A stretch of 63,803 bases of DNA, filler included, from Sphacelaria rigidula (lineage: Eukaryota): the NCBI GenBank assembly GCA_964200075.2. It is 6 parts of 6 records of this genome, joined end to end, with 100 filler letters (N's around TTAATTAATTAA, not from the genome) between each part and the next. Parts side by side here need not be neighbours in the genome. Positions count along the whole stretch, not along the records: positions 21,303 to 31,853 come from CAXNAA020006292.1; positions 31,954 to 42,503 come from CAXNAA020006293.1; 4 more parts are not named here. One strand, given 5' to 3'. Below, one piece after another: positions 25,690 to 37,910 of this stretch. A model generated the notes under the pieces. It saw only the letters and a list, made by a program, of their open reading frames with translations, searched no databases and was not told where the DNA came from. Numbering within the stretch: the first letter of the stretch is position 1; each line of letters begins with the position of its first letter. The position numbers were made by a program, and so were the translations under genes.

Positions 25690-27600
25690 TGGCTGCTCGG
25701 ACTAGCTCTGCGCGGACACTGAGACTCTCCAAAGCCGTCGCCCTCAATCAGATATTCGCTCGCATCCGGGATTGATTGGGTCTCCGTCACGTCGGTGTCG
25801 GTAGGTAGGCCGGGTGATTCGAGCTTTGACTGTGCTGGAACTTCAACGGTCTCGGTACAAGCGGCTGCAGAGTTCTCGACCGAGGTGCCGTTCAGAACCT
25901 GCAGCAGCTCTGCCAGCTTCTTCTTCGCCTCGACGGCTCTCCCCAGCTCCTTCAAAACAGATACGCTGCTCTGCAGCATGCGCACCTCTTGGTGGTGCTC
26001 CTACACCGCCGCCACCCTGGCAACCTCTACCCGAAGTTGCGACGCTTGTTTCACGGCTCCCTGCATTGCGGTTATGATTTTATCGCGCTGTGCGGCGTAA
26101 ATGGCGACGCGTTTCTTTCCTCCGCGTTTTTCTCCTTCTTCTCCTTCAACAGGCTTCGGCGGCTCATCATGCCGCCGTCGTCGTCGAGGTTCTTCATTGC
26201 CTCTGGCGACTCAACGGCATTCACCGGCGGATCGTCGGCGCTGTCTCCCTCCGCGGGGGTGCCAGCTTCGGTCTAGGTAGAAACTCGCCGCTTCTTCCTA
26301 TCCGGCCCACTGAAGGTCAGCAGGTCGAATTCCTGCTCAGGGACTGCACTTTGCGGACCCCAGAAGGCATAGACGAGTAGATGAGGGGGAACCCAGTTCT
26401 TGGGCATCGCACGTGCCCCGCCGTCGGTTTTCCCACCCTGACTCACGTCCTCGCCGCCCTTCAACGACATGTCTGTCGAGTCACACTTTTTCCTCACCGT
26501 CTTCTGCGATTGCCGCTTCTTCCAATCCTCCATCGTTTTCTCTGCGTAACAATCCAAACATGCACCATAAGGCGCCCCATGAGATCCGGCATTTGTTGAC
26601 CGGAGGGAAGTTTGTGGCCAATCTTTACTTTGCTGCATGAGAGAATACGACAACGGCAGCGGCGTCAGTCAAACGTACACTTAGCGGTCAAGTTTATATG
26701 CGATAGGTCGGGAAGGTAGCAGCACATTTGTGCTTCACGGAAATAAAAGCGCACCAAGCGGCACCGTGACAAAATAAAATCGGAAATAAACTGCGACGGT
26801 GCGGTCGTACCCCGTCAGTGCCCTCCGCTGGTGATTGGTGTTCCCCCGCAGCCCAATCGTGGTCCCCTCATCGTACTGTGCTGCGGTGTATCGTCCGCAA
26901 CGAAACGGCTTTCGGGTACACCGTTCATGACGTCTTGCACACAAAAGCCCCTATGCAAACCGCTTCTTCCTGCGTACATTCTGACGACAGCATCGCCGCT
27001 GAACTCCGCCCTCCAGTGAAAGGTGCAAACATACTACAGTTGTCCACCTACGCCCACCGAATAAACTTCGAATTTGCGAACTCGCGATCAATAATGTGTT
27101 CTGAGATTGAGAGTAGAGCGTTGATTGAGAGTGGGTTTTATCATTCGTTTTTCTTGACCAATTTTTCATTATGTTCGTGCTTGTCTTTGCCTGTAATACT
27201 GGCGTGTGCGTTTAGCTACATGTCGATGTCCTACTGAGGGATATCAAGGGCTTCGGTGAGAAGCTACTACAAAAGGCGAATCGGGCCTCGCGGTACATTT
27301 CGGAGCCGAAACGATTCATTCATTTATTTACCGTTTCTCACTCTCGTATCTTTTACTCCCGATCCCACGAAAACATCGCAGATCCTCACCTGCCAATAAC
27401 GGCGACTAGGTCTTATTTGACCCCCTTCTTGATGGTTTCCCACGGATTCTTGACGGCAGAAGCTGTGTCGGTAAAAGTCTTGGTCTGCCGTTCCTTGTCT
27501 GTATACGTGGATGCGCGAGGGACGAGAGTTCAGGATGCCATCGCTTGCACGGCAATTTCGATAATTGCGCAGGTGTTTTCTCCCCCAATCGCGATCTGGT
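25690..27600 (-). pseudogene. decayed intron-containing gene, possibly a Myb/SANT-like transposon accessory protein
   Basis: Exon-like block at about 27600-27390 (TASAVKNPWETIKKGVK, ending in a GTGAGG donor) and a long block at about 26560-25690 (WVPPHLLVYAFWGP, then a charged coiled-coil-like region). Both carry in-frame stops and there is a frameshift. The family call is tentative. Confidence 0.4.
27090..27380. mobile_element. 291-bp MITE (inverted, diverged copy), 4-bp TSD GATC
   Basis: Reverse-complement match to 20796-21086 with the same 291-bp length; GATC at 27086-27089 and 27381-27384. Confidence 0.8.
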
Positions 27601-29589
27601 GAGATCGGCCCAACCTGACTGGTAATACTAGGATGATTCTGGAATGACTTTTTTTTGCACGAAGGGCAATTATGGCCGAGCGTTCAAGATCGGCACCCGG
27701 CAAACACTAAGGATCCGTTTAAAATCAGGCGAAGAACTGGGGGGGGAACGCCGTGATGCTGCTTGCACCCGTCAGCGTGGGGGCCGGCCAGCAGTGGCGG
27801 CGGCGGGAAGACACAACCAGCCACACTAAGATGGGGTTATACAGATACACCAGCATCGCAATGACCCCCTGGGGCGGCATTGTAACCCTCGCTGTTTGCT
27901 GGTCTGCTTGTCGCTTCGTTTCTATGCTGCTGTTGTATTTGCCCCGGCTCTACTTTAGTGTTCACTCCTGTACTGTAGGACGTAGGCTACAGGTGTGACT
28001 GGAGTCTGCGAGCCAATCATCGGCGTATTTTACTGCATAATTCACAACAAGGTCGCATTTCATTGGTGCTGGGTTCCGCTCGAAGTGTGCGCCTCATACT
28101 ATCCTTCACCAGTTACTGTTACTGACTTGTGCCGCGACTACGCAGACCTCTTTATCGTACTCAAGTAATATCCGAGATCCTCCGCATATTTTAAATCCTA
28201 CTGTTGCGGTGCAATTTATAAGTAACTCTGTAGTGAGTGTCACGAGTGCAGCACGGTCACCTCCCCGGCAGAATGCTCTATCAGCACGACCGTCTTCACG
28301 ATCGTGCGTACTCGCATTGTGTTGTAGCGTAGCAGGCGATTGCAATCGGCATTCAACAACCAACATGCGTGTGGGCACAAATCCAAACCCTCACCTGAGC
28401 TGAGCGTGGCGTGGCGTAGTGCCTCCACGTGAAGCCCGTACGGCTTTTGAACGTCGTTGCTGTCGAGCCACTTGATTTAGCCCCCCGCTGCACAGTTCAA
28501 AAATGTACTCGTCGTCTGATCATTGCGATCGGCTGCATTCATCGTGCGCTGTTTTTCACAGCCAGCGCGCTGTAGGCGATCGCGATGCCCTGGTGCGCCT
28601 TGAGGACGTTGGGGCTGATCGTATTGCTGTGGTACACATGTCCCCTGTCGTATGCCCACTGAATCAGGCTCGGGGAGGGTAGGATGATTGCGGCCGCCAT
28701 GTATTCCTTGGTATTGGTGGTGCTTCCTTGTGAATGAGCTGCTGTGGGCTGTGGTGTGCGTCGGTGGTTGTGGATGAGCGTGTGTGCGGCAAGCTGTAGT
28801 CGCTTGCTTCATCGTGCAGCGGATGACAGGATTCAGATTTGAATCTTAGCAAAAAACGCCCGTCCAAGACGCTGCAACTCTGTGTTTTTTTTTTAGTTGC
28901 TGTAAGAAGTGGCCGAACAAAAATTACGTCACGTTTTTGTCTGGACAAAAAGTGGGGGAAAATATTTATTCTGAGGGTGATTTTTGTTTATTATAGGAAG
29001 CGGCCTAACACTGTTGAAACTGACTGCCAGTTTTAGTGAGGAGGCAGGTTGATTGGGGGCATGATGTGGCTCTGGAGGTTGTTGGGTATTTTTTTTCTAA
29101 GATGAGAGGTGTTATGCGCATTCTAGCATTCTAGCAGATTCTTAACTGCCGACCCCCTTGCACTTTCCGACCTCCAGTTTACGGTACTCGTAGAACGAAC
29201 GGGTTATTATTCTTTGAGTTAGGGCCTTCATTATCGACAAATACACAAGATGGGAGAAGGTCTGAAATACGAATTTTCGAAAATTTCGGCATTCGCCTAC
29301 TGTAGGGCTCCTTATTATCTAGATCTACTGTTGCTGTTAGATATCTCATTACAGATGGTGCTGATCTCGTTGTTTGCTTGCCTTCGCCGGCAAAATACAG
29401 GACAGGATTATGCTACCTGCCCGTGTATGGCGTTCATAACTGTGGTAAACATATTTATCACAACCTCTCTGTGACACGGGGGGGCAGTCGGACAGGCTAG
29501 GGCGTCATCGACCGGCTCTCTCGGGATGCTGCAGCAGCACACATGAGTAAAAATACTGACTGTAGAAAGCCCCGTGCATAGATCACAGC

Positions 29590-30545
29590 ATGCTTGCTTT
29601 CTGTGAGTTGTATGCGCAGATACATCCAATCAAACCACTAGCTATACACTTTTCAGACGGTGCGGTTGCGTACCCTCGTAGCAGCACTGCAGGCAAGTAG
29701 GCAGCTACTGGATTGTTTCTGCTCTCGGCTTCGAAAGTGCGTATGTCTGCAAACGATGACCACCGTACTTGGCCCCAACACCTCCAACACTGCTGCCGGG
29801 GCACACACCGTCTAAGGAGACAGATACCACCAAACCGTGGTGCTTTTTACTCTACGACATAGCCCAGGGTGTCAGTAGCAAGGTTCTTGATTATTCTCGC
29901 ATGCTTGCGAGCGCCGCGGCGTGCGCCAAGGGCAGCTCTGCGGAGTATTGTGCTGGGGTCCGGAATATTAGGCATTCGCCAAACATGAAGGCTTGGCGAA
30001 AAAATCTCGCCGCTTCATTTTGGGAGAAGGTTCTAAAAGACCTGAGAAAACGCCTAAAATCACAACGATCTCCCAAAAAACTGTGTCGATAATAACGGTC
30101 CTTATACAATTACGTCAGAATTGAGCAGAGAGACGAGACTTTGGTCTGGACTAGCGGACAACGGACAACTGCTCCATCCGCATGGATCAGTAGCAGTCAT
30201 GTAGAAACTGTCAAGATCACGCCGCACACCAATGTACTGTTGCCTGCTGGACAATGTGAAGTTTCTCGCCTTTTCTAGTGTGAAGGAGTGGATTCGATCG
30301 GGTGTAAATCCTTGCGTAGAGGGCCTAGAGGCGCTTTCTGTCCGGACCGATTCGTCAAAAGGTTCCAAGAACTCTCCTGGAATGTTCTTATTGGATTTGA
30401 GCGTATGTTCACGGTCCCATCTCTTCTGGACGCCGTCACAGGATAGTTCGAAGACACAAACTACACCTTTGTCTTTATGCAGTATGTTGGCGAATCAGCC
30501 GGGGCCATACAGAAGGGCAACATTGATATTTTTGGAAAACCGAGC
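29590..30545 (-). pseudogene. possible decayed CACTA/CMC-type transposase fragment
   Basis: Minus-strand frames give FELSCDGV, KNIPGEFLEPFDE, RNFTL...D...GWSSCP, DFRRFL and YLPAVLLRG in the order expected for Transposase_21-like proteins, with stops and apparent deletions. Recognised by eye only. Confidence 0.35.
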
Positions 30546-31853
30546 CCACCCACACTGCAACAGTACGAGTAAGAGAAAGAAGGAGACGTAGCTCACAAAG
30601 TACACATTACGATCTCGTATGCACTGATCCTTCGCTAATGTCATGGTACAGTACATGAGGACCCCCATCACAGAGATGACAACCTCGAACCGGAGATCGC
30701 TAGGTGGTGGCGGCGACGACAACGGAGGTGGGTGCGGCAGTGGAATCATAGTACGTGGGTGCGTGTTTGACCACTTGGGTGCAATGCTTGTTGCGGCTGG
30801 GTTCGGTCCGAGAGGAGTGACCCAGGTCTGCCTGTTCGTGCAATCAGCTTCTATGAATTATATCCTCAATTAGTGTTATAGTGGTGAGAGAGAACGTGAG
30901 TTCCATGCAAGACGACCGTCGCAAGCCAACACATAAATCATGCCCACGCCATGTGCTCTTTGGTCCCTGCGGTTGGGCATCAACATCTTTGACGGTATTT
31001 TAAGGCTTGCGTACGAGCAGGATCTGACGTGTATTTACAACGACCAATTTCAATAAAAAAAATGCGGCGTTTCTGGCACAGGTTGTTGTTGGTCCAACAT
31101 TTGCCCTGTTCTGGCACTGGAAAAAACGGAAGGATACACATTACCTACACACCGAGCCCCGGAAAATCGCGGCACTCACAGCCCACACGCATCACCTCCT
31201 CCGTTAGCCCTTGCGCATCTTCTCCCAGCCGCCGTGTCGGAAAGGTGGCCGCGTGTGTGTTCCGGCGCGCGTCTGGCAGACACTTCTGTTTTTCGTTGAC
31301 TTCTGAAATGATTAGACCAAAAGCAACAGCACGACATGCTCCCATGGTTTTTGTTCGCGGGGTGATGGGGCTCTTAGTTGTCCATGTGTTGCTGTTTTCG
31401 GTTGCACACACCTTTACACGTGCCCTACTCTTATGTTGCCTTTCAAGCAAGCAGGCTGGCGATCCGTGCGGACATATTTTGAACAATTCCCTAAATGAAA
31501 TCTTGCTCCTTCGAGCTTTTGTTTGTGGGGAAGGTCACGCCTCGAGACACTAGAGAGTTTCGGGGGAAAAAATCAGAACTCAGGGATAAAAGCGAGAACG
31601 ACTCGATTGTTTACGCTTAAACCCCAGGTTTGTTTTATTTATTTTTACCACGTAGGTGTGGACCGTGGCCAACGTTTCAGGGTTTAGTCTTTTCTGTTCC
31701 GAATGCCACGTAGTCCGTCTCATGAGCTGAAAAGGTACAAGTCGCGCCGTGCTTTTCTGCGCTTGTACTCTGCGCCTAGCCATACGGTGTTACCCGTACA
31801 GCACGGGAGAGCATGTACAAAGCCGTGCTACACGATAGGTTGGGTGTTTAATT

Positions 31854-31953
31854 NNNNNNNNNNNNNNNNNNNNNNNNNNNNNNNNNNNNNNNNNNNNTTA
31901 ATTAATTAANNNNNNNNNNNNNNNNNNNNNNNNNNNNNNNNNNNNNNNNNNNN
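31854..31953. other. artificial scaffold linker
   Basis: N44-TTAATTAATTAA-N44. Confidence 0.99.
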
Positions 31954-33191
31954 GGTGTGGGGGCGGGCGGGGGTGGCGGGGGGCCGAGGGGCCTGCGGGG
32001 CGCGGGGGTCGGGGGGGGGGGGGGGCAACCGTGTCCGAAAAAATTATTTCGACAGACCAGATCTGAGCAGAGAGGTGATGAACCACAAGTCAGCGTCCAG
32101 AGAATCGGAGAATTGATGTGGTTTTGTCAGAGGTACCCGGAAAATATTGCCCAACGTACTGGGGTCCGAAAAATCAATCAACGGGAGAAAATCGCCTGTA
32201 GACGGGCTGAATCCTCCTATTCGTACAAATACGGATTGGTTGGCATAAAAAGTTGTCTTCTGTGGCTCACCTCCTACAGGTAGGGGTAACTCGAAGTAAA
32301 TTAAAACATTTTCGCGCGAAGCGCGATTATGGCCGAGCGTTTGAAAATCGCCACTGGGCAAAAATCGAGGACCCACCTGAAATCAGGGAAATAACTATCG
32401 AATGGGACATGTCCTTTACCACTGTGCTGCAGCACAAACATACTCATGCTCTGTCTTGTGTGTCGTAAGTGTCGCTGCGCTGTGGCGTCTTCAGGCCTTT
32501 GTGGAGACGGTTTGATCTCCGCTGGGAGTGCCCGAGTTGCTTTATACTGTAATTCCGTTCGTCTCTATGAAGAACAATGTTGTCGGCACGCAGTGCTCTC
32601 TACACACTGTTGAAACGTTCATGGTGTGTTGGCTGTTTCGTCTCGAGTCAAAGGAATAAGGCGCTCCCCAAACCCATCAGTTCTATACTGGAGTTCTCGC
32701 TGTGCTGTTGGGCATCTAAACACTCTACGACGATCACGTACTGCTGCATGCCGTGTTTCGGGCTGCACAGAATTGGGGTGAGATCAAGGTCCTGTCGGAA
32801 CAAAGAAAGGTTGAAACAAGCATCACATGACGGCTGTACAGCTGTCTGTTGAGTCTTCTCTGGTACTTCAATTTTAGTCGAGTGCTGTGATCGGGGGAGA
32901 CACGCCAGGCGGGTGCGTGCAGGTTGGGACAAACAAACTGAGCCAGCACGGAGCTGCTGTAGCCTCGTTTATTGCCGGTAGCAGCTGTCTGTGTCGCAGC
33001 GGCGCAATGTGTGGACCAATCAAAGCTGCTTTTTTACTTACATGCTTTTCATATCTCTCATCTGGTTGAAGAAAGGTCGCCGCATTGTGGTGTATTCAAA
33101 GACTCTGATCGGTCGAGAAACTTTGCAACTCATAAATCGTGCCCCTCTCTGTGGGCCCAGTGCCTCTCATTTGGGGTAGCCCATCTCCGGT

Positions 33192-33645
33192 GGGGAAGGG
33201 GGGGGTGTACTCATTTGTTGCTTGCCTTAGTCGTTTGACCATTGACAACGCATCCCTTTCGCACCGTTCCTACTCCTAAGAGAGACCTCCAACATCTCGG
33301 CGCTCATTGCGTTTCTTCTATGCACTACACACAAAACCGTCTACATATCTTATCACCGTCCTGTTTGTGCCCATCTATCTCGTAGTATAGCCATCGTTTT
33401 CTCCCTACTGTCTAATGCATCAAACGATTTCATGCTACCTTCGTTTACTTCTCGCATTTCCCACTCTAGTACGTCCCGTTCCTCCTTGTATACTTCACAT
33501 TATGCCACTATATTACTTCTACTTTCTATTGCTTTGCCACAGGGGCAATTCTGTGCATCTACGTCCTCCTCCACTCGACTATTGGTACATCTCTTTCTTT
33601 CTGGCAGGTCCAGGTCCCCCACCCGAAATCGCAGTTTCAAGGCTG
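33192..33645 (-). mobile_element. 5'-truncated poly(C)-tailed LINE (family 1) retaining the ORF2 C-terminus
   Basis: Minus strand translates LKLRFRVGDLDLPERK...QNCPCGKAIESRSNIVA*CEVYKEER (degenerate CCHC knuckle typical of LINE ORF2 ends). It runs on to GCVVNGQTTKASNK*, then GTACA and a C tract. Confidence 0.8.
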
Positions 33646-33647
33646 TA

Positions 33648-33750
33648 GGAGGGGTGGACTTACTCAAGATCTTGCATGCCGTAATTATGAGACCATTGAC
33701 CTTGCATCCCTACACACCGGGACGAAGCAAGCCGGGTTTTCCCCGGGCCG
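33648..33750 (-). mobile_element. 3' end of poly(C)-tailed LINE, family 2, abutting the family 1 copy
   Basis: GCATGCCGTA..GACCATTGACCTTGCATCCCTACA..GCCGGGTTTTC matches 10425-10510. Confidence 0.65.
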
Positions 33751-36700
33751 GGGGGGGGCGGGGGGAGGGGGGGCGGTATTTTTACTCGAAATAATTGGGT
33801 TGCCGAAATGACATTAGTTCACGTCTTTAAAATGTGTTTCTGACGTCAGACCAAGGACTTGGACTGTTTGCAAGACTTTGATACGATTTCACCGGAAGTA
33901 AGAATTGTTGAACTGACGTTGTCACAGAAAAACACCAGTAGGGCGGCCGAGTCTCGAAGTTTCCCGCAGACCGTGCCGTACCCTGTAGGGTGGTGTAGAA
34001 AACGGTCAGCTCACGACCCTAGTTATTAATTGCGTTGGAACACTGCTGAAGCTATTGAGCGGCTTGCAGGGCCGGCCCTTCATACCTCTTCAATACTGTT
34101 TTTTGGACAACATATAAACATGTTTTGCAAGGCCAAAAAAATGGAGCGGGAGGGGGGGGATATGATGAAACAACTGAGATATACGGCATCCCTCGCACCA
34201 AACTGCGCACAAGGCAAGTGCGGAAAATTCGCGGGAACTTCGCTGGGCCAAGGCGATGTGCAACAGTGAGAGTATCTCCCACGTTATCGTCAAATAAGGT
34301 GTCCACTTGAATCATATATTTTGTGCGTTGAAAGATGTGTGTCCAGACATATTGCGCCGTGTGCTGTGCACAGATCATTGCCAAAGTCGCGCAGCAACAT
34401 ACTATAAGGGAACCTTATTTTAGTTTTCCGGCCGCCCCTTGTGTCATCAAAGATCAAAAGACAAAGAAGTAGGACCAGCTGCTGTGAAACAACTGTTGAG
34501 AGGAGGCCAGAAGCCACACCGGCGAGCTCGCTGTTACCAATGCTATTTCCCCATCATGACGAGAGCGGCGCGGGTCCTTGGCCCTTGCCTATCATGAAAG
34601 CACACACCGACGATGCCATAGTACGGAACAAATATTTTAGCGCTATCCCGGGATCCTTCGGGCACGCCGTGCCGAACACGCATCGGGCACCACACCAGTG
34701 CAAGAGCCGCAGCATGCCTACGAACAGAGCTTGCTCATGCTCATTCGACGAATGCTGGACCAGCTTTCGCGGTGCCCCAAACCGCCGTGGTAGTGTTGCG
34801 TGGTGCTTTCGGTGCCCGCGCCCATGCTGCAAAGTTAAAAATTCCTCTTGAAGATTCAAGCGGTTTCGACCAGACAAAATCACTCGTGGAACAGAAATCG
34901 TCGCAGTAGTCATCCCAATCCCAACACACTAACACTCCAACACGATCACTGTTGTTTTGGCGCAGCATTGGCAAAATTCGTACAGCAATCCCATATCTGG
35001 AGCGCAGTACACTGCGGTCATAGCACTGGTGACTAATGGTGACTGGTGGTGATTGACGGATGCGTGCTGGGTCGGTGCGCTGCGTTCGACATGCTTTTGT
35101 TACCTTCATTTATTTTGGGTTAATTCAATCACTGATCACACATACCTTTCAAGGTGAAGGCACTTTGCACCCATCAGCACACCTAGCGTGGCGAATATGG
35201 GTTCTGTTCCACACAAAAAACGTCCCAAATGTTTCCGACCAGTCGCTTCCAATACTTGAAAAATATCGACCAAAGAGAGTGCCACGCGTGTCGCTTTTGT
35301 GTCAACTCACTCTGTGCCGCTGCTCTTGCGCTGTGCTGGGTGTGCCATCGGTGCTTTCACAAGTTTGCTCTGACTTGTGTGTGCTACGAACCATACCAAG
35401 CCTAAATGGAGATAGTATCACTCCGCCGGGAGTTGTTGATATTCTAACTTGCGTAGTGTTATGCTTCAACATGCACAGCTCGCTCACGGTTTTTTAGCTG
35501 CTTCTTCTCCGTAAGTTTCAGCGAAGTTGTCATGCATCGCAGACACACATACGTAGCCACTTAGCGAATCACATGGACTGTGGAGCATCCTCGAATTTTT
35601 AGAGACACGACGACAGCTGTAGGGGGGAGGCACAAGACTCGGCATGCTCGATACTACTGTACCCACAAGGAGCCACCCCAGCGTTACCCTATCGGTGTCG
35701 GTTGTGATGTACTCCACTCACCGTCTTACCGCCTTCCCGTCTTGTATTCGCCGCTTGTGATGCACTCACTCTCTCTCACTTCACGGGTTCATTTTGCGAA
35801 ATGCAGTTGCTATGCTTTCTGTGAGCTGTAAGCACTTGACTTGTTCATTTGTTCATTTGTTCATTCTGCCGCTTGTTGCGTGGTTTCTCGCAATTCTTCT
35901 GTTAGTTAGTTTGTTAGTTATACTGCACTGTACATGATGCTTACTTTCAAGTATTTACTGTTCACCTGGTTTTCCTTGAGTCCACAACTTGTACTCATGT
36001 GCGTGCGTGTACATTTTTCACTTGGGATCAGAGGGGTCAAACTATGAAGAAAAAAGATACCACACGCTGACAGTTCGATAACTGTGCTTGTCGGGAACAT
36101 TGTGGAATCCCGAATGGTTTATTTTGTTTGCCATGTGCGCCAACACCTCCTACGGTGTGAAGTAAAGTCGATCTCGGATAAAGAGTCAGAAGTGGCCTGT
36201 GTTGGAGGGAAATGGGTTGAGTGGTAACCCCAAATCAACGTTTGGAACTCAACCCCCCACACCTGTGCGGAGGTGCTCGGGCGCGGCGCCGCCTACACTC
36301 CCCTGTATTGAGTACTAGTGTACTACGTGTTGGAAAGGTTCAGTATACTGTAAGCGCAAGCAAGTAGGCACAGTTGAGTTATAACCTATGCAAGAAGACA
36401 ATATTTTAGGGGCAAGGATCGCTGGGACGAACTCTTTTTCCGCTACCGTTCGGCGACATTAACCACCCCAACATTACCGTAGTCTATATCCCGCACAACC
36501 GTAAGTAGAGTCTGGTGCCAAAGGCAATACGTGACGGCGAGTGCAATCATGTAGAGACACGGGAATGCGACAATGCACAATGCATTACACCCGCCCTTCC
36601 TGTTCCAATTCTACGGCCATGAACAACACGCCGAAATACATACCTCCTGTCCATGTATTCTTATACAGAAGTGTGTGCGTGTGGCACTCTTGACATTACC

Positions 36701-37910
36701 AGGTTGTAGTACGGATTAACTTCAGTGTTATCTCATGGCGTAGAATAACTAGCATATCCCTATGTATCGATACCGACATCAAATACGGTGTTTGAGGTCG
36801 TGAGCCCATTGAGAGTATGGTTCATGGTTAATTTCGGCAGTGCATCTACAAAAAAAGCACATTTATGCGTACATAGTAAGTCCAACCACGGATCCGCCTT
36901 CACGGTATCTGCAACTGCCCTGACAGTACCTGTCAGTCTGCAGGTGCACCTGGGTATGACCCCTCAGTTTGTTCTCATGCTGGTTGGGAAAACTAGATTG
37001 ATTGATTGTGCACATCGTGCATTCATACTCACCATACCCACCCGTTCCCGTTCACCCAAGGGAGGAAGCTTGAAAATATTCTGTCAAGAAAGTGACGCCC
37101 TCTTCCCAGTTATTTCAACGACGGTATCGTGCTACAGTATTCTGTATCTGGTACTATAGAACCTTCACTGATCCGAAGCGAAGACATGCACCCTGGGATC
37201 AAAGATCGGACTCTCCCGAATATTATTTTGTGAAAGAACGGTGAGGTCTATCGGGTCTAACAGCCACAATACTTCCATCATGAGGTAGGCCTTGCTGCTA
37301 CTGGCCGATCAACGCATCGTATATTGTCGACGGGAACCTCCTTCACTTGTTCTGTAGTGTGGATACAATTTGATCCAGTTGTTGTACCAACTATCAGCGC
37401 CTCCTTTCATCAATGCGGTCTCCTGGAATGTTGGAGCAGCCAAATATGTCTTGCCCATTATTTCTCATCTCTATCATGAGCGTGAAGTACCCGACTTGCT
37501 TTTCCTACAGTAAAGGTACATTCAGAAGAACCAGAATTGAAACCCAAGTTCCCGTGCGGAAAAAAAAAATGTAGAACCGTGAAAGCCGAAATGTCGTGGC
37601 GCCTGGTGTGGTCGGAGCCGTTATGTCAAAACGCGTATTCGCCGTAGTCTCCCTTTGTTACGTGACTGCCTGGCCAATGTTTTCTGCTGCGAAATGCGTC
37701 AACAAGTAGGATGCACGCCGTGACTGGAACGTTGCGGCCACCTTTCCGAAGTTCACTTAGCTTCGATCATTCATAGCGTTGGGGGATACTGATACTCAGT
37801 AAAGCCGTTGGACTTGACAGTAAGCCGTGGCCGTGGCTTTGTTCCTCGGTTGACTAACCTGACACTCGAGGCGGACTGTGCTCTACTGCGTTACTCTTCT
37901 GTTACTTCAG

